Virus record (IMG/VR): IMGVR_UViG_3300050821_006652
Length of the DNA stretch: 20,000 bases
Direction: 5' to 3' (one strand)
Origin: an uncultured virus (IMG/VR IMGVR_UViG_3300050821_006652)
Lineage: Duplodnaviria > Heunggongvirae > Uroviricota > Caudoviricetes
Under the pieces are notes generated by a model, which worked only from the letters and a program-made list of their open reading frames with translations, did no database searches and was not told where the DNA came from. Below are positions 1 to 9,236 of the stretch, one piece after another; positions within the stretch are counted from its first letter, which is position 1; each line of letters begins with the position of its first letter. The position numbers and the translations under genes are program-made.

Positions 1-525
1 CATCGGCCAGCGGTTCGCCCGCCGCCCGAAAAAGTCCTTCGTTATGACCGTCAACCCATCCCTGGCGTCAACGTCCTGAGTCGTCTCGGCCTGGGCCTCG
101 ATGATTCCCGCCTTGGCCACTTCCTGAAAAGCGAAGATCATATCACCGTTCGAGAGGGCCGTCAGCCACGCTTCCGACCGCTTCATCACATCCGGATCAC
201 TGGCCAATGTCGGCCGCCGCTCGAACAGCAACGCCATCGTCACGTCCGAGATTATCTGGTACATCAACCCTTGGGACGGGCTCCCAACCGGCAACGCCAG
301 CAAATCGGCAAGGGCATATCGTTCACCCCTGAACACCGCCGACTCAAAAAACCCCGAAGCCCGGACCAGCATCGCCGCAAGATTCTTGTCTGTCGGAAGA
401 TTAGCGGCTGGCACTCGGTTCCCATCATCGCCGCACAAATCCCCGACCGTGTTTACGTCCTTCCCCTTCAAGAACTCGGCCACGGGAAGGTAACTGCCAG
501 TGTTTCCAATCGGCGTCATCGGCAT
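1..525 (-). CDS. Head-tail adaptor, Mu gp36/DUF1320-like (runs off the window edge)
   Basis: Not in the ORF track; translated by hand from ATG 525: MPMTPIGNTGSYLPVAEFLK...LAAMLVRASGFFESAVFRGERYALADL...LMYQIISDVTMALLFERRP...RSEAWLTALSNG. It is open to position 1. The motif spacing resembles gp36, and it lies downstream of the capsid gene. Confidence 0.7.
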   Translation of the reverse strand, partial: MPMTPIGNTGSYLPVAEFLKGKDVNTVGDLCGDDGNRVPAANLPTDKNLAAMLVRASGFFESAVFRGERYALADLLALPVGSPSQGLMYQIISDVTMALLFERRPTLASDPDVMKRSEAWLTALSNGDMIFAFQEVAKAGIIEAQAETTQDVDARDGLTVITKDFFGRRANRWPM

Positions 526-527
526 GG

Positions 528-1142
528 TTACACGCAAGTTGTTCCGGACATCGAAACCGACTCGAAAGTATGGGCACCACCCGCCGCCGTGAATTCCAAC
601 GTCATCGCCGTGGCCGCCGTACCGGGAATATTCAACCCCGACAGATTGATCGTGGAGAAGGCCCCCGCCGTGGCGGGAATGGCAATCGTCCAGGTCATCA
701 AGATCGTCCCGGCACCCGTGGCCCCGTCTCGCAGGTTGACGGTCAGCACCGTTGCTGCCGGAGCGGTCGAATCGCCTGCGAGGTTGATCGAGACTGCTTG
801 GCAGACATTTCGAACCCCCGCGCCGCCCGCAGCTTGGTTGCACGTCGCCTTCACGTTCACCGCAGGTCCGTGCGTTGCCGCCCATTGCCCTGGCTCTGTC
901 ACAAGCTGCGCGTTCACGCTTGATTGGGCTGCGAGGTTAGCCGCCGATCCGCTCAGGAATGGATTGGTGCCGTCGCCCGGAGCCACGAATTTTGACCGGG
1001 CAATCACGTCTCCAGACGGAGCCACGTTGCCACTCGCATCCATCGAGATGTCGAAGTTGGCATAGACACCGCCGCCCGTGTCCTTGGCCTTGCGGGTCTG
1101 CGTGGTTCCGTCGCCGGCACGGAATTTATAATTGTCGGCCAC
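528..1142 (-). CDS. Hypothetical virion protein (G/A/T-rich, probably beta-rich)
   Basis: 204 aa, tightly packed in the late operon between capsid and adaptor. Confidence 0.6.
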   Translation of the reverse strand: MADNYKFRAGDGTTQTRKAKDTGGGVYANFDISMDASGNVAPSGDVIARSKFVAPGDGTNPFLSGSAANLAAQSSVNAQLVTEPGQWAATHGPAVNVKATCNQAAGGAGVRNVCQAVSINLAGDSTAPAATVLTVNLRDGATGAGTILMTWTIAIPATAGAFSTINLSGLNIPGTAATAMTLEFTAAGGAHTFESVSMSGTTCV

Positions 1143-1153
1143 TTGTCACCCCT

Positions 1154-1594
1154 TTAATCAACGGCCATAAACACGCTATTGTCCTCAAGCGAGTAGTCCA
1201 GCCCGGCCAAAGGCATGTTCGACCGAACCTTGTGGGCCACCGTGATCTTCCCAGGCACCGCCCCGCCGCCAGACGCCAGAGTTATCGTCATGGCCCGCCC
1301 AGGCGTCCCCTGTTTCGGGAAGGCGAAGGTGATGTCGAACACCCCGGCTGCCGGAATATCCACGTTCGCAATCACGTCCGCTCCATCGGCCACTTGCAGG
1401 TTCCCGCCCGTCGGCGTCGTGGCGTAACTCACAATCGCTTGCTTCACAACATGCGCCCAGCCATCGCCAACTGCCGGGTAGGTGATGATCGCCGCCGCCC
1501 CCGTCCCGGCTGCCACATCGCTTGTGAAGCCGACTTCCGGAGCCTCTTGGACAAGCTGCGGCTCCCTGGCCAAATCCAACGGTTCGGCTTCCAT
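1154..1594 (-). CDS. Hypothetical virion protein
   Basis: 146 aa, starts 10 nt after the capsid stop; A/G/T/V-rich. Confidence 0.6.
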   Translation of the reverse strand: MEAEPLDLAREPQLVQEAPEVGFTSDVAAGTGAAAIITYPAVGDGWAHVVKQAIVSYATTPTGGNLQVADGADVIANVDIPAAGVFDITFAFPKQGTPGRAMTITLASGGGAVPGKITVAHKVRSNMPLAGLDYSLEDNSVFMAVD

Positions 1595-1604
1595 CTCAGC
1601 CCCC

Positions 1605-2681
1605 TTAGCCGATGATGTTGGTGATCTGGTAGCCAGCCAGCGCCCCAGCCAGTTCGATGTCGATGGCTTCCGAAGCGTGGGTGCGCGTCAGCCGATCTTC
1701 CGAATCCGGGTACGCTTCCAGTTCCAGAAGTCCGCCGTGGTGGAAAGCCTGGATCGTGGAGAAGGAAGTCGAGTTCGGGGCACCGTCCAAGCTGCCGGGC
1801 CGGGCAATGATGTACGCCGTGCCCGAGGGCAGGATGAACTTGCGGTCCACGTCGATCACCGCTTCCGTCCCGTCCGCTCGCGGAACCGAGGTCACGATGG
1901 GGGAATCCTCCACAACGATGGGGAGGGCGGCGATCTGCGGCGGGCAACCGTACAGGTTCTTCATCGTCGCCACTTCGCCCTCAAGCTGGTTCTTGGCGAG
2001 GACCGTGTGGTTCAGCAAGTCACGCACTTCGGGGGTCAGACCGATCCGGATCGCGTCGTCCGGGTTCAGGAGCAGCATCAAGTCGTCGTAATCGACTTCG
2101 GCGTTCGTGATGAGCTTGATGTTGCGGACGGCGTTCACCAAGGTCTGGCTGATCGCCTGATAGTTCGGGTTGTTCGGATCGTTGCTGGCCTTGTTCCAGA
2201 ATCCCCGGCCCTTATTGAGAACATTGGCGTCGGCAGAGTTGCCCTGCCAGTTGCCGGTGATGAGCTGGTTGACGGCGAGTTGAGTCCGCCCGGTCATCAT
2301 CACCGACGCGCACCGCCGCATATCCGTGGCCAGGATGTCCCAGCGGTGGGACTGCTCGTTTTCCAGCCAAGGAACGTTGCCTGACTCATCGCGGCGGATG
2401 CACACGCCGGTCTGCTCGGCGAAGAGCGTGGCCTTGTCATTGCCGCGCGACTTGCGGGAGGCACCGGACGGCCACACCATCTCGTTCGTGTTGACGACGC
2501 GCACCGAGGCATCACGCGACAGGCGCATCCACAGGAATTGCATCGTCTTGACAGGGACGTATTGCATCCACTTGTTGATCGTGAAGTTTTCCGGCTTGCG
2601 CATCCACGCGATGATCTGCCCCACGTCGGACGGCAGAACCACGTTCGTTGCGCTTGGTGCCCGAAACGTTGAAAGAGCCAT
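1605..2681 (-). CDS. Major capsid protein (HK97 fold, inferred)
   Basis: 358 aa, placed after protease/scaffold and decoration genes; C-terminal AGYQITNII is typical of lambda-E/Mu-like capsid ends. Confidence 0.8.
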   Translation of the reverse strand: MALSTFRAPSATNVVLPSDVGQIIAWMRKPENFTINKWMQYVPVKTMQFLWMRLSRDASVRVVNTNEMVWPSGASRKSRGNDKATLFAEQTGVCIRRDESGNVPWLENEQSHRWDILATDMRRCASVMMTGRTQLAVNQLITGNWQGNSADANVLNKGRGFWNKASNDPNNPNYQAISQTLVNAVRNIKLITNAEVDYDDLMLLLNPDDAIRIGLTPEVRDLLNHTVLAKNQLEGEVATMKNLYGCPPQIAALPIVVEDSPIVTSVPRADGTEAVIDVDRKFILPSGTAYIIARPGSLDGAPNSTSFSTIQAFHHGGLLELEAYPDSEDRLTRTHASEAIDIELAGALAGYQITNIIG

Positions 2682-2711
2682 CTTGAAACCCCTTTGCTTG
2701 GGAAAACTTCG

Positions 2712-3131
2712 CTAACTCGAAATCTGCGCCGGGAAGATCAACTGCACCGGGATCAGGTCGCCCAGCACTCCGGAGCGGAGAGCAATCGCGCCCACTTCGT
2801 CCTTGTCGGTCACGGTGGTCAGCGCCACGCCGAGGGCGCCGGACTTGAGCCGGTCCCGCCGCGTGATCGTGCCGCCGGCTTCGACCAGAATTTCCATGCC
2901 GTGCTCGCCAGGTCCATAGACATTGAGCTGGCCACCGGCGATTGCCGCATAGCCGTCGTCGATGTTGAAGTTCCCATCCGAGAACGGCGGGTTGCGGACG
3001 CCCTTCTGAGACACGCCGAAAATCTGATCCCCCGCTCCGCATACCAGGACTTGGCCGGGAGTCGTCGTGTCTTCCTTCACGAAACGGCAAGGAGGGATAT
3101 TGCCGCCAGCAATTGCGCCAAAGAACGCCAT
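2712..3131 (-). CDS. Head decoration/cement protein (DUF2190-like)
   Basis: IPPCRFVK...IFGVSQ...VEAGGTITRRDRLKSGALGVA...GAIAL...GDLIPV pattern; immediately upstream of capsid; GAGGTG SD. Confidence 0.75.
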   Translation of the reverse strand: MAFFGAIAGGNIPPCRFVKEDTTTPGQVLVCGAGDQIFGVSQKGVRNPPFSDGNFNIDDGYAAIAGGQLNVYGPGEHGMEILVEAGGTITRRDRLKSGALGVALTTVTDKDEVGAIALRSGVLGDLIPVQLIFPAQISS

Positions 3132-3142
3132 GAGTCACCTCG

Positions 3143-3895
3143 TTATCGTTCGGAATAAAAGCCGTGCAAGAGTTCGAGCGTGCCGTGATTCGTCGTGTTC
3201 GGGCTATACCACAACATCGGGTCGCCAGCCGAGTGAGCCTCCACCGCGCCGGTAAACGGCGAGTCATACAGCAACTCCCGCACGCCAGTAGCGGCCGTCG
3301 TGTCGATGGACGGGTGGACCTGACCATCGAACGGGTTCACGTCGGCAGGCTCGCCCATGAGGTACAGCAGAGCGCCCTTGAGGATGCCCGGAGGCGAAGC
3401 GCCGCTCGCCGTGGGAATCGCTGCTACGGTCAGAGAAATCGGCGGACCAGCACTCACGGCGGTCACGATTGCCGCCCACCATGAACCATCGGCCAACTGG
3501 ACCACGATGTAATCGTTCGAGTCGATGGGGTTGTCCGCCGACTGCGCCGGGGGAGGCCCGTACTTGTAGTTCGTGCTGTAGAGTCCTGGGTCGTCCGCTA
3601 TGGTGATTGCCGTAGCGCCAGCCACCACAGCCGCGTTGACCAGCGTGAAGTTGAGTGGCCGCATGATGGTCAGCAGATGCGCCGTGGCCGTCGGCGTGTA
3701 GGCCATCTTTGTGACGTGAGCGCGGCCCTGGCCGCGTTCCTTGTTGCTGCCGAGAGCGCCGAGGGTCCACGATTGCTTCGGTCCGCCCGCTCCGCCGCGA
3801 AACGGCGGGATGACGGCGAACGCCGGCGTTGCGTCCACGCCGAGGATGCGCGGCAGGGAGAACGTGCCGAGGATCGGAAAGCCAGCATCGTACAT
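3143..3895 (-). CDS. Hypothetical protein, probably structural
   Basis: 250 aa ORF packed between scaffold and decoration genes. Confidence 0.6.
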   Translation of the reverse strand: MYDAGFPILGTFSLPRILGVDATPAFAVIPPFRGGAGGPKQSWTLGALGSNKERGQGRAHVTKMAYTPTATAHLLTIMRPLNFTLVNAAVVAGATAITIADDPGLYSTNYKYGPPPAQSADNPIDSNDYIVVQLADGSWWAAIVTAVSAGPPISLTVAAIPTASGASPPGILKGALLYLMGEPADVNPFDGQVHPSIDTTAATGVRELLYDSPFTGAVEAHSAGDPMLWYSPNTTNHGTLELLHGFYSER

Positions 3896-3925
3896 GAGTC
3901 AACCCCTTTGGGTCAGAGATCGAGT

Positions 3926-4768
3926 TTACGCCGTCTTCTTCTTCGCCTTCATCACCGCTTCGACCGCCTGATTCCAGGTCATGCCCGGATGCGATTCCTG
4001 ATACTGGATGATCGGCATCACGTCGTCTTCCTGCACCTGCCCGTTGAGGGCCGCGACTTCGGGAGCCGCTTCGGGATGGAACGCCTGATACTGCTCGACC
4101 ATCTCCGTATCGGGAGCAATGCCGAGGGCCTGATTCGGGATGATCCGCGCCCCACCGACGCTGCCGAGGGCGGCGTTGACAGGCCCCTTCGGATACTTCG
4201 TTTCGATGCGGTGGTAGAGCTTCTTGAACGCGGCTTGCGTGATCGGGCGTCCGCTCTCGTCCTTGCAGTCGGCCAGTTCTTCCGGCACGTTGACCTGGAT
4301 GCCGAGCGAGAGAAGGTGGTTCAGATCGCGCTCGTACTGCGCCATGAGCGTGGCGTCCTGGCTGACCTGCACGTTGCCGTGCAGTTGCGTCACCGTAGCC
4401 TTGAGGGATTCATTCTCCCGCTGGTATTGCGAGAGCAAAGTCTCCATGCGGTTCAGCCGCAACCGCGTATCTTCGTCGGCGGGAGCTGGAACGACTGCCG
4501 GGACAACCGGCGCGGGTGCCGGGGTGACGACCGGGGCGGTTTCGGGAGTGGTTCGTTGCATGTGGGTATGCTCCGGCTTGTGTTCGGGCTTGTGTTCCGC
4601 AGTATTCGTCGCCGACGGCGCGGCCAAGGCGGACTCGGCGTGATGCTCCTTGGCAAGAGCCGGATAGCACTCTGCGAAGCAGCGCATGAACATCGACTTG
4701 AACTGTTCGTACAGGGCCGGGTCGGGAACGGGAGCAACAGGATCGGCCGGTGTCTGTGTCGGGTCCAT
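3926..4768 (-). CDS. Probable internally initiated scaffold protein (in frame with the protease, from Met192)
   Basis: GGAG (4781-4778) lies 9 nt before an in-frame ATG at 4768, right after the protease domain; analogous to Mu gpI/gpZ. Confidence 0.55.
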   Translation of the reverse strand: MDPTQTPADPVAPVPDPALYEQFKSMFMRCFAECYPALAKEHHAESALAAPSATNTAEHKPEHKPEHTHMQRTTPETAPVVTPAPAPVVPAVVPAPADEDTRLRLNRMETLLSQYQRENESLKATVTQLHGNVQVSQDATLMAQYERDLNHLLSLGIQVNVPEELADCKDESGRPITQAAFKKLYHRIETKYPKGPVNAALGSVGGARIIPNQALGIAPDTEMVEQYQAFHPEAAPEVAALNGQVQEDDVMPIIQYQESHPGMTWNQAVEAVMKAKKKTA

Positions 4769-5341
4769 TTGAAAGCTCTCCGAGTAAAATCTCAACCAGG
4801 GGCATTCTCCATAAAGCGTTAGCCCCAAATCAAGTTTCGGATCGGTTTTGAGAAGCGCCACCGCCGTTATCGCATCGTAGTGGTCCGGCGATACCATCCC
4901 CGGCACCAACTCAGCGACCTTGGCCGAGATGAATTCGGGAGAGCGATAGGGATACTTCTTGGACTCTTCCCACATTCCGGGTAGGAAATAGCGGTCCATC
5001 AGGATTGCCGGAGTCCGCGCGGGGCCGAACGTGCCGATACGCGGGTTCCACAGGTAGCCAACGGTGTCAGGTTGCGCTTGCTGATTCGTGCGGACCAGTT
5101 CGAGGATGGTGTGGCCGAGGGTCATGCGAGGGAAGACAGCCGACTCGCGTCCTAGCTTGAGCAAGCGCTCGACCATGCGTTCGAGGCGGGCCACGTCGTA
5201 CACGCTCTGGAATGGCTTCTTGTCGATGGGGTTGACTTCCTGCGCGACGTGCGGCTTCATGATGGGGATGGCATAGTCGATATGCTCCCACATCTCAGGG
5301 CGCGTGAAGCGTTCCAGGAGGTCCAAGGTAGGATCAGACAT
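3926..5341 (-). CDS. Mu gpI-type prohead protease with C-terminal scaffold
   Basis: GH...VGY...YPYRSPEF...AVALL..DP motifs of Mu-like proteases in the first ~190 aa, followed by a Pro-rich linker and a coiled coil. Confidence 0.8.
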   Translation of the reverse strand: MSDPTLDLLERFTRPEMWEHIDYAIPIMKPHVAQEVNPIDKKPFQSVYDVARLERMVERLLKLGRESAVFPRMTLGHTILELVRTNQQAQPDTVGYLWNPRIGTFGPARTPAILMDRYFLPGMWEESKKYPYRSPEFISAKVAELVPGMVSPDHYDAITAVALLKTDPKLDLGLTLYGECPWLRFYSESFQMDPTQTPADPVAPVPDPALYEQFKSMFMRCFAECYPALAKEHHAESALAAPSATNTAEHKPEHKPEHTHMQRTTPETAPVVTPAPAPVVPAVVPAPADEDTRLRLNRMETLLSQYQRENESLKATVTQLHGNVQVSQDATLMAQYERDLNHLLSLGIQVNVPEELADCKDESGRPITQAAFKKLYHRIETKYPKGPVNAALGSVGGARIIPNQALGIAPDTEMVEQYQAFHPEAAPEVAALNGQVQEDDVMPIIQYQESHPGMTWNQAVEAVMKAKKKTA

Positions 5342-5381
5342 GCCACCGATTATGCGGAAATGCGGTGGGGGTAATCAAACT
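5342..5381 (-). promoter_or_regulatory. Late promoter, copy 1: TTGATT-18-CATAAT-7-ATG (leaderless)
   Basis: Shares the exact 15-mer AGTTTGATTACCCCC (5367-5381) with the site upstream of portal. Confidence 0.65.
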
Positions 5382-5394
5382 AACGGGAAGTGTT

Positions 5395-5742
5395 CTACAT
5401 CAGCTTCACCGGCTCCATCACGTTGAAGTCCATCACCCGCAGGTGGAACGGCTTCTCTTCCGCCAGCGCCGCCTTCCAACTCGCAGCGTCCGTCACCACG
5501 ATGTCGCACACCGGCACGAACCGCCCATCCGCCGTCTCAGCCACCCGGAAGCCACGCGCGTTGCCGAGGTCGATGTTCTTGTCCCGGTCCACCAGCCACA
5601 AGGTCGTCGTGGCGTCACGCAGCACAGCGAGTAACCTCTGATCGGCGCAGAGTTCCACGGTGTAATTCAGGCGGTCGGGCAGGAAGAAGTTGCCACCTGT
5701 CGGCGGGTCCATTACCACGGCTTCGCTCTTTCTACGGGCCAT
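5395..5742 (-). CDS. Hypothetical protein
   Basis: MARRKSEAVV..., GAGG upstream of ATG 5742; part of ORF 5395..5754. Confidence 0.6.
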   Translation of the reverse strand: MARRKSEAVVMDPPTGGNFFLPDRLNYTVELCADQRLLAVLRDATTTLWLVDRDKNIDLGNARGFRVAETADGRFVPVCDIVVTDAASWKAALAEEKPFHLRVMDFNVMEPVKLM

Positions 5743-5750
5743 TGGCAACC

Positions 5751-6008
5751 TCACGTTTTGATTTCAAACTCCAAGCCCTGAGTTTCGCTAATCACGTTAG
5801 CGAGGTTGTCAACCTCTTTCAACAGATCGAAGGTAATCCACCGATTACTAAACAATCGTTTGAGGGCCTGGAAAGACTCAGGCGACAAGACGAAGCCGCC
5901 ATTTTCCAGACGGCCATATTTATCGGGCAGCAATACCGCCCTCAACACGTCGGCCACTCGATCACCCCCTAACTCCCGGTCCTGTCCGGGCGGACACACG
6001 ATGGTCAC
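5751..6008 (-). CDS. Hypothetical protein
   Basis: Likely GTG start at 6008 overlapping the stop of the previous gene (GTGA), with GAGG upstream. Confidence 0.5.
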   Translation of the reverse strand: MTIVCPPGQDRELGGDRVADVLRAVLLPDKYGRLENGGFVLSPESFQALKRLFSNRWITFDLLKEVDNLANVISETQGLEFEIKT

Positions 6009-6190
6009 GGCTTCCTCGCTCGAATCATTTCGGCTGCGACGTAGCCTCCGATTCCTTCGGCCAGTTTGGCGCACGCTTCCCGCTCTTCAGCGACGGCGAG
6101 GCGAATGACGTTGGCGATTTCTCCCAGAGCTGGCCACATGTCGCCTTCGCTATGTACCTGGTTTTCCCATTCTTCAGGCGTCATTGTCAT
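6005..6190 (-). CDS. Small phage hypothetical protein
   Basis: AEEREACAKLAE...AAEMIRAR, a common small phage protein motif; ATGA coupling to the KTSC gene. Confidence 0.6.
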   Translation of the reverse strand: MTMTPEEWENQVHSEGDMWPALGEIANVIRLAVAEEREACAKLAEGIGGYVAAEMIRARKP

Positions 6191-6843
6191 CCCTTGTAGC
6201 TGCTCGGCGGCGGTTTGACCCCACGGGCATACATCCCCGTCGCCCCAGTCCCCGGCCGCTTCTTGAGCACCTTCTGCATCTTAGCCGATATGCGGAATGG
6301 CGTCCCGCTGAATCTGTCCGGCGCAGGCGGAAGCGTCTCTGCCCCACCGCCCACCTTGCGATAGTTAAAGTGTATGCCGCTCTCGGAACGCGGGTCGCCC
6401 AGCACATACCAGCGAAATTGGCCAGGCGAATGCGTTTGCAAAAACTCCATGAACACCGACCCCGGAACCTCATCATACTCGTATACCGAGCCATCTTTGA
6501 ACCTTACTTGCAGCTTTTTGGACGGCTTATGATACCGGATAGCGTCAACGTTGCTCGACACCAGATGGTGCCACGGCTCATGCTCGACATCGGGGAACTC
6601 GTATTCCTTCTCGACCTCAGCAACCATTTTGTCGAAGATTTCTTGCGACCGATCACGCGGCGGCGGCTTCGCCCGTGGATGTTCCAACTCGGCCAGGTTC
6701 CGCAGCGTTTCAGGACGCATCTGCCGTTCGAGCGTTTCCCGCACCCCGGCCTTGCGCCTGTTCACGCGACCCATCAGGTCGTCGGCACGCTTCTTCGCCG
6801 CCGCCTTGCTGCCACCGTAGAGCCACGAGAACCAGCTTGCCAT
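6187..6843 (-). CDS. KTSC-domain protein
   Basis: SSNVDAIRY...KLQVRFKDGSVYEYDEVP..VFMEFL..HSPGQF is the KTSC signature; basic N- and C-terminal extensions; GAGGTG SD. Confidence 0.85.
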   Translation of the reverse strand: MASWFSWLYGGSKAAAKKRADDLMGRVNRRKAGVRETLERQMRPETLRNLAELEHPRAKPPPRDRSQEIFDKMVAEVEKEYEFPDVEHEPWHHLVSSNVDAIRYHKPSKKLQVRFKDGSVYEYDEVPGSVFMEFLQTHSPGQFRWYVLGDPRSESGIHFNYRKVGGGAETLPPAPDRFSGTPFRISAKMQKVLKKRPGTGATGMYARGVKPPPSSYKG

Positions 6844-6851
6844 ACGTCACC

Positions 6852-9236
6852 TCACTTCGCCAATGCCCTGATCGTTGACAGCGTGCCCGTCCCCACTTCA
6901 CGCCTCAAATCGGGATACCGGTCGAGCACGTTCACAAGGTGCCGGTACAACGCCACCGCCTCTGGCATGTTGATCCGCTTCAACCGCTCCAAGAACTGCG
7001 TCAAATCCAGCGAATACAATTCCGGCGACACCAGATGCCGGTACAGGATGCCACCCTCTCCGAACGGCACGTCCCGCGCGTGTACCGCCAGGGCCATCAA
7101 CGCCCGGCTGTAGTGCATCGTTTGTTGCTCGGCCGGATGCCCGGTGCCGCTCCCGACGATCCACTTCTTGAATAGTTCAATCGGCATCGCCTTGATGCCG
7201 CCGAATCCTTTCCAGCCCGGCGAGTAATTCGCATGGTAAGCATCCTTCGCCTCTTCCTCAGAAACGAAGCCGATCATGCACTTGTGCTCATCGAAACTAC
7301 CATCCGCTTTCATTTGGTCGATGATGAAGACGAGTTCACTTTCAGGAGTCGGCCCAAGGAACACATCGACGTGATCTCCGTCGGCATCGCTCTCGGTACT
7401 TTTGATGTAACCGTAGTGATTGGCCATCGTCACCGACCACTCTTTGCCGGCCTTGCTCTTGCCGCTCCGCGTGCTGCCCTTGGGATTCTCGATGGAGATA
7501 TTCAGGCCATGCAAGGTGACGTGGCCCTTGCGATAGTTGCCGGACTTCTTTTGTTCTTCGCTGGGATTCGTTTCGGTATCCTTCGCAGCGGCGGCAATGG
7601 CATCGGCGTAATCGCGGCTGTAATTCTGCAAGGCCGGTTCCTCTTCCTCTTCGGCAGCGTCGGGAGGGTTTTGTGAACCTTGTGAACCATCTGGTTTTTC
7701 ATTGCCAGGTGGGAAGCCGGGTTTCTGCCCCGGCATCGGCTCCGGCCCCTTCTTCAGCACCGCGTCACCCTCCATCGGCTTCGTGAACCCGATAGCGTCG
7801 ATAACCTCATCCTCAAGCAGGCCAGCCCCCATCTCCCACGCCGCCTTCGCCGCCTGCATCTTGTTCTCAGCCTTCTGCCGCTCCACCCCAAACCGGAAAT
7901 ACGCCGGGATCTCCTCATACTCCGGGTAGGTGTACTTCTTGATCGTGTTCAATAGGTCGAACGTCACCGACTCGGCCAAGCTGAACGAATCCGACTCGGT
8001 AATATCGTTCTTCGTCTCCGAGGCCAACTCCGCCCAAGCCGAACCGGAAATGAGGCCACCGCCCTTGCCCTTCGTGCCGCCGCTCATGGTCTGCCCGACG
8101 ATGTACCGCTCGTGCCACTTCTCCACATACTCGATCAGCCGCAGGATCAACTCCGGACCAGTGCCCCCAGGCTCGCGCCAGTCCATATCCTCCTGCACAC
8201 CGCCCCGCTCGTCCGTGTATCGCGGAATGAGGATATTCGTGCGGTGGATGTTGGCCTTCGCCGCCGCCTCCACCGCCTTCTGACTCGCCGGATTGCCCGC
8301 GTTGTAATACCACACCCGCACCCCGATACCAGCCCGCTCCACCCAGTCCGTCACGTTGCTGATCCACTCCCTCTTGAGATAGTCCAGGAAGTAGATGAAC
8401 GACCTGATGCCGCAGCCGTGAATCGAATCCGCCTCCATCGGTGAGTAAAAGTCCGCGTCCTGAATCCCCTCCATGAACTCGTGGATCATGAACTGCTCGC
8501 GCATCCACCCGCGCAGAGGCGCGGCCCGCCCCAGCGTGGCCCACTCTTGCGGCAGTCCCGGAGGTAACTGGTTGTCGTAAGCCCCCGTCACCAGCACGTA
8601 GGGCTCGCCATCGTAGGAGTGCCCGATCTTATCGCCGTTGATTGACATGTGCCCGTCATCGTGGTCTTCACGCTTGACGATCAGGCACTTCCGCCGCTGC
8701 TTTGGCTTCGACATCGGGTTGTCTTTGAGCATCGGATTCATCATGACGCGCAGCTTCGAAGCTGGGGCGGGCATATCCATCTCTTTCCACGCGAACCGGA
8801 ATTGCGTCCCCATCCTCCCATACCAGACCGCATCCGACGCGCACCACAAGAGCTTGCGGAACCGAGAGATCATCCCCACGATCTTCGTCAGCCCTTCCTT
8901 GAGCGCCATCTCATGCGGGTCTTTCTCGTTCTCCACTTCGATGTGCCAGGGCAGGATTGTCACGGCCCGACGTCGCTCGTTGATGAGGCACATGAGCGAC
9001 GAATCCCGCCGCATGGCCATCGCATCCTCACGCGAGTGCCGCATGGCCGTGTCGTGCTTCTCGTGCCAGAACTTCCGCCAGGCTGAACCCACCAGCGCGG
9101 AGAATTGGATTACCTTGGGGACCGCATAGCCGTCGAACTTGCCGCCGAGGGGGAAGGGATTGCCCGAGGGGTCGAGGATGGTGCCCTGCGGGTATTGCGA
9201 GGCCGTGCCGTTCATTGAGAAGCGAGATGGTGCCAT
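6852..9236 (-). CDS. Portal protein (Mu gp29/DUF935-like) fused to an InPase-type inorganic pyrophosphatase domain
   Basis: N-terminal ~490 aa: RRRAV..LPWHIE, DAVWYG, WVERAG, IVGQTMS; located after TerL. C-terminal: GNYRKGHV.LHGLNISIENPKGSTRSG...HYGYIKST..ADGDHVDVFLGP...FDEHKCMIGF. Confidence 0.8.
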   Translation of the reverse strand: MAPSRFSMNGTASQYPQGTILDPSGNPFPLGGKFDGYAVPKVIQFSALVGSAWRKFWHEKHDTAMRHSREDAMAMRRDSSLMCLINERRRAVTILPWHIEVENEKDPHEMALKEGLTKIVGMISRFRKLLWCASDAVWYGRMGTQFRFAWKEMDMPAPASKLRVMMNPMLKDNPMSKPKQRRKCLIVKREDHDDGHMSINGDKIGHSYDGEPYVLVTGAYDNQLPPGLPQEWATLGRAAPLRGWMREQFMIHEFMEGIQDADFYSPMEADSIHGCGIRSFIYFLDYLKREWISNVTDWVERAGIGVRVWYYNAGNPASQKAVEAAAKANIHRTNILIPRYTDERGGVQEDMDWREPGGTGPELILRLIEYVEKWHERYIVGQTMSGGTKGKGGGLISGSAWAELASETKNDITESDSFSLAESVTFDLLNTIKKYTYPEYEEIPAYFRFGVERQKAENKMQAAKAAWEMGAGLLEDEVIDAIGFTKPMEGDAVLKKGPEPMPGQKPGFPPGNEKPDGSQGSQNPPDAAEEEEEPALQNYSRDYADAIAAAAKDTETNPSEEQKKSGNYRKGHVTLHGLNISIENPKGSTRSGKSKAGKEWSVTMANHYGYIKSTESDADGDHVDVFLGPTPESELVFIIDQMKADGSFDEHKCMIGFVSEEEAKDAYHANYSPGWKGFGGIKAMPIELFKKWIVGSGTGHPAEQQTMHYSRALMALAVHARDVPFGEGGILYRHLVSPELYSLDLTQFLERLKRINMPEAVALYRHLVNVLDRYPDLRREVGTGTLSTIRALAK

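Noticed and set aside
4570..4600. GGCTTGTGTTC tandem repeat
   Set aside because: Encodes EHKPEHKP in the disordered scaffold linker.
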